Shown here: positions 28,947-39,319 of the stretch, piece after piece | Position numbering within the stretch: the stretch's first letter is position 1 | Layout: the number at the start of each line of letters is the position of its first letter | NCBI GenBank assembly: GCA_963578725.1 | Contig: CAUZDS010000011.1 | Coordinates: forward strand, 32,304 to 96,303 | Length of the DNA: 64,000 bases | Origin: Vicinamibacteria bacterium | GTDB lineage: Bacteria; Acidobacteriota; Vicinamibacteria; Vicinamibacterales; UBA8438 | Direction: 5' to 3' | Program-made: the position numbers and the translations under genes | The notes under the pieces: model-generated | What the model was told of the DNA's origin: nothing | Databases searched by the model: none | Seen by the model: the letters and a program-made list of their open reading frames with translations, nothing else

Positions 28947-30860
28947 CTACTTCTTCTCCTCGACCACCTCGGCGTCGATGACCTCGCCCTCCGCCGCCCC
29001 GTCGGCCGCGGCGTCGCCGCCGGGAGCGCCGGGCCCTGGCTCCGCTGGCGGCGGGGTCTCACTAGCCTGTTTGTACATCGCCTCGGCGGCCTTGTGCTGC
29101 ACGGACGTTAGTTGTTCCATCGCCTGAGTGAGCACCGCGCCGTCATCCGACTCGAGCGCCTTCTTCACATCGGCGATAGCGTTCTCGATGGACCCACGCT
29201 CAGTGGCCGACAGCTTGTCCCCCGCGTCCTTCAGCATCCGCTCGGCGGTGTACACCGCCTGGTCCCCCTGGTTCCGCGTCTCGATGGTCTCCTTCCGTTC
29301 CTTGTCTTCCTCGGCATGTGACTCGGCCTCCCGCATCATCCGCTCGACTTCTTCCTTGGGGAGACCGCTCGACGCCGTGATGGTGATCTTCTGCTCCTTG
29401 CCGGTCCCCTGATCCTTGGCCGAGACGTTGACGATACCGTTGGCGTCGATGTCGAAAGCGACCTCGATCTGCGGGACCCCCCGCGGCGCCGGTGGCAAGC
29501 CGATGAGATGAAACTTCCCGAGCGTGCGGTTGTCCCGCGCCATCGGCCGCTCGCCCTGCAGCACGTGCACCTCGACGCTCGTTTGGCTGTCGGCCGCCGT
29601 CGAGAAGTTCTCGCTCTTCTTGCTGGGAATCGTGGTGTTACGCTCGATCAGCGTCGTCATGACCCCGCCGAGCGTCTCGATCCCGAGCGACAGCGGTGTG
29701 ACGTCGAGCAGTAGCAGGTCCTTGACCTCGCCGGCCAGCACGCCCGCCTGCAGCGCGGCCCCGAGGGCGACCACCTCGTCCGGGTTGACCCCCTTGTGCG
29801 GGTCCTTGCCGAAAAGCTCTTTAACGATCGCCTGCACCCGAGGTACCCGAGTGGACCCGCCGACCATCACAACTTCATCGATCTGCGACGCCTCGAGCCC
29901 CGCGTCCGACATCGCGAGCTTGACCGGCTCGACCGTCTTCTGCAGCAGGTCTTCCACCAATTGCTCGAAACGCGACCGGCTCAACGTCATCGCCAGATGC
30001 TTTGGTCCGGATTGATCCGCGGTGACGAACGGCAGGTTGATCTCGGTCTCGACGACGGTCGACAGCTCCATCTTCGCCTTCTCCGCCGCCTCCTTGAGCC
30101 GTTGCAACGCCATACGATCCTTCGTCAGATCGATCCCGTCGGTCTTCTTGAACTCGGCGGCGATCCACTCGATGACGCGCTGGTCGAGATTGTCACCACC
30201 CAGATGTGTATCGCCCTTGGTCGCCTTGACTTCCACGACGCCTTCGCCCACCTCGAGAATGGAGATATCGAAGGTACCGCCGCCGAAATCGTACACGGCG
30301 ATCGTCTCGTCCTTCTTCCTGTCCAACCCGTATGCGAGGGCCGCGGCCGTCGGCTCGTTGACGATCCGGAGCACCTCGAGACCGGCGACCTGACCGGCGT
30401 CCTTGGTCGCCTGCCGCTGAGCGTCGTTGAAATAGGCCGGGACGGTGATGACCGCCTGGTTGACCGACTGGCCGAGATACTCCTCGGCTGACTGTCTGAG
30501 CTTCTGTAGGATCATGGCGGAGAGCTCCGGGGGGGACGACTCCTTATCTCCGGCATTTACACGCACATCGCCGTTCGAGGCTTTCATGACCCCGTACGGC
30601 ACCATCTTCATCTCCTCGCTGACCTCGTCGTGCTTGCGTCCCATGAACCGCTTGATGGAGAACACCGTGTTCTCTGGGTTGGTCACGGCCTGACGCTTGG
30701 CCACCTGCCCCACGAGACGCTCGCCAGATTTCGTGAATGCCACGACGGACGGGGTGGTCCTGTTCCCTTCAGCATTGGTCACGACGACGGCTTCCCCGCC
30801 CTCCATGACAGCGACAACCGAGTTGGTCGTCCCTAGGTCTATTCCGATTACTTTACCCAT
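28947..30860 (-). CDS. dnaK: Chaperone DnaK (Hsp70)
   Basis: [18 protein letters not shown]...DLGGGTFD...full-length Hsp70. Confidence 0.97.
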   Translation of the reverse strand: MGKVIGIDLGTTNSVVAVMEGGEAVVVTNAEGNRTTPSVVAFTKSGERLVGQVAKRQAVTNPENTVFSIKRFMGRKHDEVSEEMKMVPYGVMKASNGDVRVNAGDKESSPPELSAMILQKLRQSAEEYLGQSVNQAVITVPAYFNDAQRQATKDAGQVAGLEVLRIVNEPTAAALAYGLDRKKDETIAVYDFGGGTFDISILEVGEGVVEVKATKGDTHLGGDNLDQRVIEWIAAEFKKTDGIDLTKDRMALQRLKEAAEKAKMELSTVVETEINLPFVTADQSGPKHLAMTLSRSRFEQLVEDLLQKTVEPVKLAMSDAGLEASQIDEVVMVGGSTRVPRVQAIVKELFGKDPHKGVNPDEVVALGAALQAGVLAGEVKDLLLLDVTPLSLGIETLGGVMTTLIERNTTIPSKKSENFSTAADSQTSVEVHVLQGERPMARDNRTLGKFHLIGLPPAPRGVPQIEVAFDIDANGIVNVSAKDQGTGKEQKITITASSGLPKEEVERMMREAESHAEEDKERKETIETRNQGDQAVYTAERMLKDAGDKLSATERGSIENAIADVKKALESDDGAVLTQAMEQLTSVQHKAAEAMYKQASETPPPAEPGPGAPGGDAAADGAAEGEVIDAEVVEEKK

Positions 30861-30891
30861 AACACCTTTTCCTGTAATGGTTTAATCATGA

Positions 30892-30909
30892 TCACCATGC
30901 ACTTGGTGA
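30892..30909 (-). promoter_or_regulatory. Inverted repeat TCACCA-N6-TGGTGA in the dnaK leader/operator region
   Basis: Perfect 6-bp arms, located about 25-40 nt downstream of the -10 hexamer. Confidence 0.35.
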
Positions 30910-30932
30910 CGCTACAATGTAATAGTATGTCA

Positions 30933-30961
30933 ATTATAAAATATGAGCTCTTCATTGTCAA
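30933..30961 (-). promoter_or_regulatory. Consensus sigma70-type promoter upstream of dnaK
   Basis: Minus strand has TTGACA (30961..30956), a 17-nt spacer and TATAAT (30938..30933). It lies in a locally AT-rich island about 70 nt upstream of the dnaK ATG. Confidence 0.6.
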
Positions 30962-31179
30962 CATTGTGCGTTATTCGGCGTCTTGGCGAGGGGTCTGACT
31001 GCGTGGCTCCTGGAACTGGAACAGGTCGCAACTGCAGTGCCTGGCTGTCCCGGCGCGACAATGGGGCATCTTGGGAAATTCGAGACCGAAGAGTAACGCC
31101 GCCCGGCGGGATGCCCCCCTCCAAGAATTGTTTCGCGAACCACGCGGTCGGGCGCTAGAATAGAGGCAAAGGAGCCCGC

Positions 31180-33456
31180 GTGAAGCGTTTGATCGATCCG
31201 TTCGTCAAGCAGGCCAAAGTCGTCTTCTTTCTGGTCGCGGCAGCACTCGCAGGTGGCATCAGCGGCGTGCTATTCGCCTACACTCCGGACCTGCCGGAGG
31301 TGTCGACGCTCGACGACTATGCCCCTAGCACCATCACGCGGGTGTATGCGGCTGGCGGCGAGGAGATCGGCCAGTTCGCCATCGAGCAGCGGGTCGTCAT
31401 CGGCTACGACGACATCCCGGAGGTGCTGCGCCAGGCGATCATCTCCTCCGAGGATGCCAGCTTCTTCAGCCACTTCGGGTTCGACCTGCGGCGGACGGCG
31501 ATCACCGCGATCGGAAACATCATGTATCAGCGCCTGTATGGCGCGAGCACCGTCACCCAACAGCTGGCCCGCCACGTGTCGCTGGGCGGCTCGACGCCGC
31601 TCGGACGGGACAAGTTCTGGACCCGCAAGCTCAACGAGGCAATCCTCACCCTCCAGATCGAGAAGCGCTACACCAAACGAGAGATCCTCACGCTCTACTG
31701 CAACCAGATGTATCTCGGCAGCGGCGCTTACGGAGTCGAGGCTGCGGCGCGACTCTACTTCGGAAAGCCGGCGCTCGAGCTGGAGCTCGCGGAGGCGGCG
31801 CTGATTGCCGGCATCTTCCAGACCCCGTCCCGTCAGAGTCCGCTCATCAACCCCGACCTCGCGCACTCTCGACGCAACTACGTGCTGGGTGAAATGTCCG
31901 ACAACGGCTACATCACGCAGAACGAGGCTAGGACAGCGGCGGCCAGCCCGATCGTACTAGCGGATCGGCCTTCGGAGCTGGAATCGGTCGCACCGTACTA
32001 CGTCGAGGAGGTACGGCAGCATCTCGAGGCCGCCTACGGTGCCGGTTCGTTGTACGAGGACGGGCTCGAGGTCCACACGACGCTGGATGCGAGGCTGCAG
32101 GGCGCGGCAACCGTCGCGGCCGAACGGTGGTTACGGGTACTCGACAAGAGTCAGGGCTACCGCGCTCCCACGCGCAACGTCGTCACCGAGGGCGAGGCGG
32201 TGGAGAGCTACGAACACCGGCGGTGGCGATTCGGCGTCGTGGAGGGAGACGTCGTGCCGGCGATCGTGACCGGAACCGACGGCGGTGCGATCCAGGCTCG
32301 GATCGGGCAGTACACCACCGACATGCCCCCCGACGGGTTTGCCTGGACACGGCGACGCACCGCCGGGGAGTTCGTCAAGCCGGGAGACCTGATCGATGTC
32401 CGGGTCATGGCGATCGACGAGGCTGCCGGCGTGCTGCGGACCACGCTCGAGCAGGACCCGGAGGTCGAAGCGGCCCTGCTCGCCCTCGACAACCGCACCG
32501 GCCGAATCCTGGCCATGGTGGGCGGGTACAGCTTCGAGCGAAGCAAGTTCAACCGGGCGACCCAGGCCAAGCGGCAGCTGGGATCACTGTTCAAGGGGAT
32601 CCTCTTCACCGCGGCCATCGACCGAGGCTACACCCCGACCTCGATCATCGTGGACGAACCGGTCAGCTACGACGTCGGTCCGGGCCAGGAGCCGTACGAA
32701 CCGACCAACTACAAACGGGACTATCTGGGCCCAATCACGTTGCGGTTCGCGCTGGAGAAGTCGCGCAACGTGCCGGCGGTCCGCCTGATGAATGAGATCG
32801 GCCCGGAGGCGGTCGTCGCATACACGGACCGGTTCGGCTTCACCTCGGAGGTGCCGCCGTTTCTGTCGGTGGCGCTCGGGTCAGCCGAGACCACGCTCGA
32901 GGAGATCACCAGCGCCTACTCGGTCTTCCCGAACCGCGGCATACGGATGACACCGTATCGGATCACGCGGATCGTCGACCGCAATGGCAAGGTACTCGAG
33001 GAGAACCAACCCGACGCACACGATGCCATCCGCGCCGACACGGCGTACGTGATGCTGAACATCCTCCGCGGCGTGATCGAGCGCGGCACCGGTGTGGGCG
33101 CCCGGTCGCTCGGCTGGCCTCTGGGCGGCAAGACCGGCACGGTCGATGACTACACCGACGGCTGGTTCGTCGGCTTCGACCCGGACATCACGGTGGGGGT
33201 CTGGGTAGGATACGATCAGAAGCGCTCGCTCGGTAACGGCCGGGACGGCGCCTCGGTCGCGCTGCCGATCTGGCGGGAGTTCATGCAGGCTTACATCGCG
33301 GATCGTCCCGCACCCGACGGCTTCGTCCCCCCGAACAACATCGTCTTCGTGACGGTTGACGGCACAACCGGCAAGGTGACCGAACCCTGGGCACCCAATG
33401 CCATCCAGGAGGCGTTCATCTCGGGCACGCAACCGGGGAGCCTGTTCGAGCCCTGA
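31180..33456 (+). CDS. mrcA: Bifunctional penicillin-binding protein 1A (glycosyltransferase plus transpeptidase)
   Basis: EDASFFSH, RKLNEAILTLQIEKRYTK, SLFK, SRN and KTGT motifs. GTG start. Confidence 0.9.
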   Translation: MKRLIDPFVKQAKVVFFLVAAALAGGISGVLFAYTPDLPEVSTLDDYAPSTITRVYAAGGEEIGQFAIEQRVVIGYDDIPEVLRQAIISSEDASFFSHFGFDLRRTAITAIGNIMYQRLYGASTVTQQLARHVSLGGSTPLGRDKFWTRKLNEAILTLQIEKRYTKREILTLYCNQMYLGSGAYGVEAAARLYFGKPALELELAEAALIAGIFQTPSRQSPLINPDLAHSRRNYVLGEMSDNGYITQNEARTAAASPIVLADRPSELESVAPYYVEEVRQHLEAAYGAGSLYEDGLEVHTTLDARLQGAATVAAERWLRVLDKSQGYRAPTRNVVTEGEAVESYEHRRWRFGVVEGDVVPAIVTGTDGGAIQARIGQYTTDMPPDGFAWTRRRTAGEFVKPGDLIDVRVMAIDEAAGVLRTTLEQDPEVEAALLALDNRTGRILAMVGGYSFERSKFNRATQAKRQLGSLFKGILFTAAIDRGYTPTSIIVDEPVSYDVGPGQEPYEPTNYKRDYLGPITLRFALEKSRNVPAVRLMNEIGPEAVVAYTDRFGFTSEVPPFLSVALGSAETTLEEITSAYSVFPNRGIRMTPYRITRIVDRNGKVLEENQPDAHDAIRADTAYVMLNILRGVIERGTGVGARSLGWPLGGKTGTVDDYTDGWFVGFDPDITVGVWVGYDQKRSLGNGRDGASVALPIWREFMQAYIADRPAPDGFVPPNNIVFVTVDGTTGKVTEPWAPNAIQEAFISGTQPGSLFEP

Positions 33457-33477
33457 TGACGGAGGCGAGTGGCGGCC

Positions 33478-34648
33478 TCACGGGGTCCCTGACTGCCGGC
33501 GCGTACCTGTCTTCGCCGGCGGCGGGTCCGTGTCGTGCGCCGCGGCAGCCTTTCGCGCCAGATACGCCTTGATGAACGGATCGAAGTCGCCGTCGAGCAC
33601 CCGATCCACGGCTCCGATTTCGACCTTCGTACGGAGATCCTTCACCATCTGGTAAGGGTGGAGGACGTAGCTGCGGATCTGGCTCCCGAACCCGATGTTC
33701 TTCTTCTCGCCGCCGATCTCGTCCAGCTTTTCCTGCTGCTCTTTCTGCCTGAGATCGTAGAGCCTGGCCTTCAGTACCTTCATGGCGGCGTCGCGGTTGC
33801 GGTGCTGTGACCGCTCGTTCTGGCACGACACGACGATGCTGGTCGGCAGGTGGGTAATCCGAACTGCCGAGTCGGTCACGTTGACGTGCTGGCCGCCGGC
33901 ACCACTCGAGCGAAAGGTGTCGATACGTAGATCCTTTTCATCGATCTCGACCTCGACATCTTCGGGCAGCTCGGGCCAGACGAAGACCGAGGCGAACGAG
34001 GTGTGACGGCGCGCCGCCTGGTCGAACGGCGAAATCCGGACCAGCCGGTGGACACCAGCCTCGGCGAGCAACAAGCCGTAGGCGTAGTCACCGTTGACCG
34101 TCAGGGTCGCCGCCTTGATCCCCGCCTCGTCTCCGAGTTGCCACTCGATGATCTCCACCCTGAACGCCCGCCGCTCGGCCCAGCGCAGATACGCTCGCGC
34201 AAGCATCCCGGCCCAGTCCTGTGACTCGGTGCCGCCAGCGCCAGGATGGATCGTGAGGATGGCGTTCTTGTCGTCATGCTCGCCGCCGAGCATCTTCTTG
34301 ACCTCACCGTTCTCCACCTCCGTGGCGAGCGCGTCGAGAGCCGTCTGAAGATCGTCGCCAACCTCCTCGCCCTGGCCGGCCCAGTCGACCAACACCTCGA
34401 GGTCGCCCCCCTTCCGACGGAGCGACTCGGCAAGATCCCGATCATCCTGGAGACCCCGACGCCGCCGCAGCACCTGCTGCGCCTGGTCGGGGTCTTTCCA
34501 GAAGTCAGGTGCCGCCGCGCGTGCCTCGAGCGCAGTCAATTCCTCCGCCGTCTGCGTTGTGTCAAAGATAGCCGCGCAATGTGGTCGACCGCTCCACTAA
34601 CTCCTGATACCGTCGGATCTGTTCCTCGATCTCCACTGCCACGGTCAT
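33478..34648 (-). CDS. prfB: Peptide chain release factor 2, with programmed +1 frameshift
   Basis: Frame 0: ATG at 34648 (AGGGAGG SD upstream), MTVAVEIEEQIRRYQELVERSTTLRGYL, then TGA at 34564..34562. The +1 frame continues DTTQTAEELTALEARAAAPDFWKD...SGAGGQHVNVTDSAVRITH. Total length is 1171 nt = 3n+1. Confidence 0.9.
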
Positions 34649-34756
34649 CCTCCCTTTCGAGCAAGCGGGCTCACTGGCCGCCGCGTAGTCCGAATTTTCT
34701 CACCTTCCAGACGGCAATTCTCTAATCAGAACACGCCGGATTCGTGTCGACGCCGC

Positions 34757-36286
34757 CTACACGCGGGTGCGCCAGGCAGTCAAAACTCCGGTCAAGCTGA
34801 GGGTCAGACACAGATACGCGACCAGGTCGCCGATCCGCCCATAGAACGTAAACCCAGACAGCAGCCGGACCTCCTCGGTGATGACCGCCGTCTCGAAAAG
34901 TGCGCTGCGCGTGAGCACGCGGCCATACGGGTCCACGACGCCGCTGATGCCGGTGTTGGCGGCGCGAACCAGATACCGGCCCTGCTCGATCGCCCGCATC
35001 GTTGCCTGCTGAAAGTGCTGGTACGGCGCAGCGGAGCGGCCATACCAAGCGTCGTTGGTGATCGTCGTCAACAGCTGGCTGCCGCGCCGGACGAAGCTCC
35101 GAGTCAAACCAGGATAGATGATCTCATAACAGATGGCCGTGCTGATCCGGTGCGACCCAACCTTTAACGTGACCGGGCTGGCGCCGGGAGAAAAATCCAT
35201 TATGGTCTCGACGAGCGGCGACGCGAAGAACAGCAAGGATCGGAACGGCACGTACTCACCGAACGGCACCAGATGCATCTTGCGATACACCGCCGCGGTC
35301 TCGCCGTCTGGCCGCAGGGCGAACGCGGCGTTGAAGAGCTGCGGGGCCGGGTCCCGCCGGCGCTGCGTGCTGCCGAACAGCAGATAGGTGCCGGTGTCGC
35401 GCGCCAGTTGGCGAACCGCTTCTCCGGCCGCGACATCTTCGAAGCTGAACGGCGTGGCCGACTCTGGCCACACGATCAACCGGGCCCCAGCCGCTGCGCT
35501 CTGCCGGCTCAGATCCAGATAGCGGTTTAGAATGGTCGTCCGCATGGCCGGATCCCACTTATCGGCCTGCTCGATGTTCCCCTGCACTAGACCGACACGC
35601 AGCGGCGTGCCGTCCCGCACGAGGCGGTTGTCCGTTAGCCGCCAGGCGCCGAACAGCACGACCACCCCGGCCACCCCGGTGGCGACAGCAAGCACACGCG
35701 CGCGGTGCTCCCGCGGCCCGACCAGTGCCAGCGCCAGGGCACTATTGATGAACACGACGAGCAGGGTCACACCGTGCACCCCAAAGAGACTCGCCAGCTG
35801 GGCGACCGACAGCACGCTCGTCTGGCTGTACCCGAGCAGCTCCCAGGGGAACCCGCCGAACAGCCAGAGCCGGCCGAGCTCGGTCGTCACCCACACCGGC
35901 GCGGCGCTCAGCAGGGCCCAGCCACCGAATCGGGTGCACAGCAATACGACTATGACGGCGAACGCCGCGGGAAAGAGCGCCAGATACGCAACCAGCAGGC
36001 CGTTGAGCAGCACGCCCACTGGCAGCGTGAGTCCGCCGAACTCGGTCATGACCTGCGTCAACCATGGCAGCGTGCCGGCGAAATGGACCACGCCCGTCGT
36101 CAGCCCAAGACCGAACGCAAGCCTGGTAGATCGAGTGCTGTGCAGGACGACGAGCAGCGGCGCCAGCGCCACCCAGGCGGCACCGGGATGCCCCCACAAG
36201 GGGAAACTGAGCACGAGGAGCGCCCCCGATAGCGCGGCGGCGGTGAACGCCCCCAATCGGTGGACGGAACCGAGCAGTTGTGGCAC
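34757..36286 (-). CDS. lnt: Apolipoprotein N-acyltransferase
   Basis: N-terminal multi-TM domain plus a CN-hydrolase domain (VGLVQGNIEQADKWD, ICYEIIYP). GTG start. Confidence 0.85.
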   Translation of the reverse strand: MPQLLGSVHRLGAFTAAALSGALLVLSFPLWGHPGAAWVALAPLLVVLHSTRSTRLAFGLGLTTGVVHFAGTLPWLTQVMTEFGGLTLPVGVLLNGLLVAYLALFPAAFAVIVVLLCTRFGGWALLSAAPVWVTTELGRLWLFGGFPWELLGYSQTSVLSVAQLASLFGVHGVTLLVVFINSALALALVGPREHRARVLAVATGVAGVVVLFGAWRLTDNRLVRDGTPLRVGLVQGNIEQADKWDPAMRTTILNRYLDLSRQSAAAGARLIVWPESATPFSFEDVAAGEAVRQLARDTGTYLLFGSTQRRRDPAPQLFNAAFALRPDGETAAVYRKMHLVPFGEYVPFRSLLFFASPLVETIMDFSPGASPVTLKVGSHRISTAICYEIIYPGLTRSFVRRGSQLLTTITNDAWYGRSAAPYQHFQQATMRAIEQGRYLVRAANTGISGVVDPYGRVLTRSALFETAVITEEVRLLSGFTFYGRIGDLVAYLCLTLSLTGVLTAWRTRV

Positions 36287-36296
36287 GACGCAGTCT

Positions 36297-36449
36297 TAGC
36301 CCGTTATGCAGGCACACGCGAGGAGTTCGTACTCGTTCGGGGCCGTCGCTGACAGCCGCTGCGCGCACGTGCGCGCCCGCGAGGGAGCGGCGCGGGGCTT
36401 CTCCACTCCCCCGAGCGACCGAGGTGGGGTGTGGGGCGGAGCCCCACGT
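36297..36449. repeat. GC-rich structured intergenic repeat, copy A
   Basis: Full-length alignment by eye with 45091..45245 in the same orientation. Contains the palindrome GCGCGCACGTGCGCGC and the hairpin GTGGGGC-GGA-GCCCCAC. Confidence 0.7.
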
Positions 36450-36452
36450 CAA

Positions 36453-37112
36453 TTAGAGCTGGATAAGCCAGGGCTTGAACCGCTCTTCCGTTTCCAGCCG
36501 GAGCCGCACCGTTTCCGCCTCACCACGATCCGGGTATGGCCCCACGCGCACCCGATAGACCGCCACCGGCGCCCCTGGCACGGGATCGGCCACGAACGCA
36601 GGATACCCCTTCTGCACCAACCCTCCCGCAAGCTCGCGCGCCTCGTCGCCGCCCCGCAGCGCGGTGACCTGGACGACGAACGCGGCAGCGGCGGCGGTAC
36701 CAATCACCGGGGCCGCGTCGGGCGCTGGCTCGGCGGTCGGCAGACTCGATGCCGGCGGTTCCGCACCGGTCTCGAGCGCGGGCGACGCGGCTCGCATCTC
36801 GACCGACGCATCCAGCGTCTCCGGCGCCGGGTCGGCATCGTTCAGTCGACCGAAGTAACTCAGATCGTCGAGCGGCGAGCCTGGCTCCGCCCCCAGACCC
36901 GGCGCGATCTCAGGAAGGCCGCGCCTGATCCCACCGACCCCGCTCGGGACCGTCTCGCCAGCCGCTTGCCCGGTCGCCCGTCTCACAGGCACACCCCGCC
37001 CGACCAACACGCCGCACAGAAAGACGATGACGGCCACGACGGTGGCCATCATCGCTAGGAAGACCAGCTGCTTCGCGGCGGGCGCCGTCTCACTCGGATC
37101 GGTGTTCGTCAT
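36453..37112 (-). CDS. SPOR domain-containing membrane protein
   Basis: N-terminal [24 protein letters not shown], a Pro/Ala-rich linker, and a C-terminal SPOR-like [30 protein letters not shown]...[15 protein letters not shown]. Confidence 0.7.
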   Translation of the reverse strand: MTNTDPSETAPAAKQLVFLAMMATVVAVIVFLCGVLVGRGVPVRRATGQAAGETVPSGVGGIRRGLPEIAPGLGAEPGSPLDDLSYFGRLNDADPAPETLDASVEMRAASPALETGAEPPASSLPTAEPAPDAAPVIGTAAAAAFVVQVTALRGGDEARELAGGLVQKGYPAFVADPVPGAPVAVYRVRVGPYPDRGEAETVRLRLETEERFKPWLIQL

Positions 37113-37872
37113 CGTTCGAAGCGCGCGTGCCGTGTGAGAGCTGGTTCAGGAGATCGATCGGAATCGGGAACAGAATGGTGGAGTTTTTCTCCCCGGCGAT
37201 TTCCGTGAGGGTATGGAGGTAGCGCAACGTGAGAGCGAGTGGCTGTGTGCCGATCACCCCGGCGGCCTCCGCCAGGCGCTCCGACGCCTCGAATTCACCC
37301 GCGGCGTGAATAATCTTGGCGCGTTTCTCGCGCTCGGCTTCCGCTTGCCGTGCCATCGCCCGCTGCATGTTCTCCGGTAGATCGACGTGCTTTACCTCGA
37401 CGGCGGAGACCTTGATGCCCCAGGGGTCGGTCTGCTGGTCGATCAGCCGCTGGAGATCCTGGTTCAACCGGTCTCGCTCCGACAACAGATCGTCCAGATC
37501 TCCCTTTCCCAGCACGCTCCGCAGAGTCGTCTGGGCTAGTTGCGACGTGGCGTAGTGGAAGTTCTCGACCTCGACGATCGCCCGCCCCGGATCCATGACA
37601 CGGAAGTAGACGACCGCGTTCACTTTCACCGAGACGTTATCGCGCGTGATGATGTCCTGCGGTGGAACGTCCATGACGATCGTCCGGAGCCCGACCCGGA
37701 CCATCCGGTCAATCGGCGCGAACACGAAGACTATGCCCGGCCCCTTGGGCCTCGCCAGAAGCTTCCCCATCCGAAAAATCACGCCGCGCTCATATTCGTT
37801 CAGGATCTTGACCGAATTGGCGAGATACATCGCCAGAACAAGGCCAAAGATCAGCACTGGACTGATATTCAT
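37090..37872 (-). CDS. SPFH/Band 7 (stomatin-like) protein
   Basis: [17 protein letters not shown]...[17 protein letters not shown]...[12 protein letters not shown]. Confidence 0.85.
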   Translation of the reverse strand: MNISPVLIFGLVLAMYLANSVKILNEYERGVIFRMGKLLARPKGPGIVFVFAPIDRMVRVGLRTIVMDVPPQDIITRDNVSVKVNAVVYFRVMDPGRAIVEVENFHYATSQLAQTTLRSVLGKGDLDDLLSERDRLNQDLQRLIDQQTDPWGIKVSAVEVKHVDLPENMQRAMARQAEAEREKRAKIIHAAGEFEASERLAEAAGVIGTQPLALTLRYLHTLTEIAGEKNSTILFPIPIDLLNQLSHGTRASNDDEHRSE

Positions 37873-39248
37873 GACTGCGCTCCTTCCGGGGCTGGCCCCG
37901 CGGGTGCCTCCGGTGACACCGTCAACATCATGCCGTCGATTCCGACGACGCGCACTCGCGCGCCACGCGCAATCGGCTGGCTCGCGACGGCCGACCAGCT
38001 CTCGCCGTGCGTAGCGACTAGCCCCGCAGCGCCAGGCGTGATCGCCTCGATCACCTCACCTGACCCATCGAGCATGCCTGTGACCCCGGTCACGGGAGGA
38101 CGGAGCTGCGCACGGACCGCGAGCCGTACGAGCGACGTCACGATTGCCGCCAGCGCCAGCATGGTCGAGAGGATGAACGGCCAGCCCAACTGTAGCTCCG
38201 GTGCCGGCGAGTCGATCAGTATGACGAGCCCGAGGACCATGCTGACGACGCCGCCGGCGGCGAGCGCCCCGAAGGTCGTCGTCACCATCTCGAGCACGAG
38301 CAGCACGAGGCCGAACAGCACCAGCAGCAGCCCGACGTAGTTGACCGGCAGTATCTGGAACGCAAAGAACGCCAGCAGCAGACAGAGCCCGCCGACCACA
38401 CCGGGCAGGATCGCGCCCGGGCTCCAGAGCTCGATCGTCAGCCCGAGCGTGCCGAGACTGAACAGCAGCACCGCGATCTGCGGATGTGCGATCGCACTCA
38501 GTAACCGCTGCCGCCAATTCATGTCGACCCGGACGACCTGTGCGCCCGCCGTGTGCAGCACCTCGGTCCGCCCATCCCAACGCCTAACCACACGGCCGTC
38601 GAGCGCCTCGAGAAGGGCGTCGAGATCGTCGGCAACGAGATCGATCAACGGGGGCGTGGCCGTCAGTGCCTCTATCTCTGTAAACGACTGACTCTCGGTC
38701 ACCGCCTTCTCGGCCTGCTCGACATTACGACCCCGCCGGGTGGCCAGAGACCGCGCGTAGGCGGCGACGTCGGAGACCGCCTTCTCGGCCATGGTGTCGT
38801 CCATCGGCTGACCGGTGCCCGCCACGGGATGCGCGGCGCCGATATGCGTGCCCGGGGCCATTGCGGCGACGTCGGCCGCGATCGTGATCAGGAATCCGGC
38901 CGAGGCGGCACGGGCCCCGCTGGGGCCGACGAACACGACCACCGGCATGCGGGCCTCTATGATGCCACTGTTGATATCACGGGTGGCATCAACCAGACCA
39001 CCGGGCGTGCGGAGCATCAGCACGACCACATCGGCGCCGGCGGCGTCGGCGGCGTCGAGGGTCTGTGTAATGAACTCGGCCGAGGCCGGCTGGATCAGCG
39101 CGTCGACCTCAGCGACGTGCACGAGCGGACGCCGGTCGACCGCATCGCTGCGTTGGGCCATCGGCACCGGACCACCCAGCCACGACAGGACCATCCCGGC
39201 CGCGATCAGGCGACGAGCCACTCGGGAACGCTGGGCTGTTTTAGTCAC
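37869..39248 (-). CDS. NfeD-family membrane-bound serine protease
   Basis: ClpP-like N-domain, multi-TM middle region and a C-terminal OB-like GESWSAVA...[19 protein letters not shown] overlap with the stomatin gene (classic NfeD-stomatin pair). Confidence 0.8.
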   Translation of the reverse strand: MTKTAQRSRVARRLIAAGMVLSWLGGPVPMAQRSDAVDRRPLVHVAEVDALIQPASAEFITQTLDAADAAGADVVVLMLRTPGGLVDATRDINSGIIEARMPVVVFVGPSGARAASAGFLITIAADVAAMAPGTHIGAAHPVAGTGQPMDDTMAEKAVSDVAAYARSLATRRGRNVEQAEKAVTESQSFTEIEALTATPPLIDLVADDLDALLEALDGRVVRRWDGRTEVLHTAGAQVVRVDMNWRQRLLSAIAHPQIAVLLFSLGTLGLTIELWSPGAILPGVVGGLCLLLAFFAFQILPVNYVGLLLVLFGLVLLVLEMVTTTFGALAAGGVVSMVLGLVILIDSPAPELQLGWPFILSTMLALAAIVTSLVRLAVRAQLRPPVTGVTGMLDGSGEVIEAITPGAAGLVATHGESWSAVASQPIARGARVRVVGIDGMMLTVSPEAPAGPAPEGAQS

Positions 39249-39319
39249 TGGTGCTCAGCTCACGGTATCCCGCCGACCGCCGTAACGCAAGGCAGGCGGG
39301 CGGCCGATCGGGTGCCCTA

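Noticed and set aside
36306-37058. 250-aa plus-strand ORF starting inside repeat copy A
   Set aside because: It is antisense to the SPOR-domain gene. It is open only because of GC-rich sequence.
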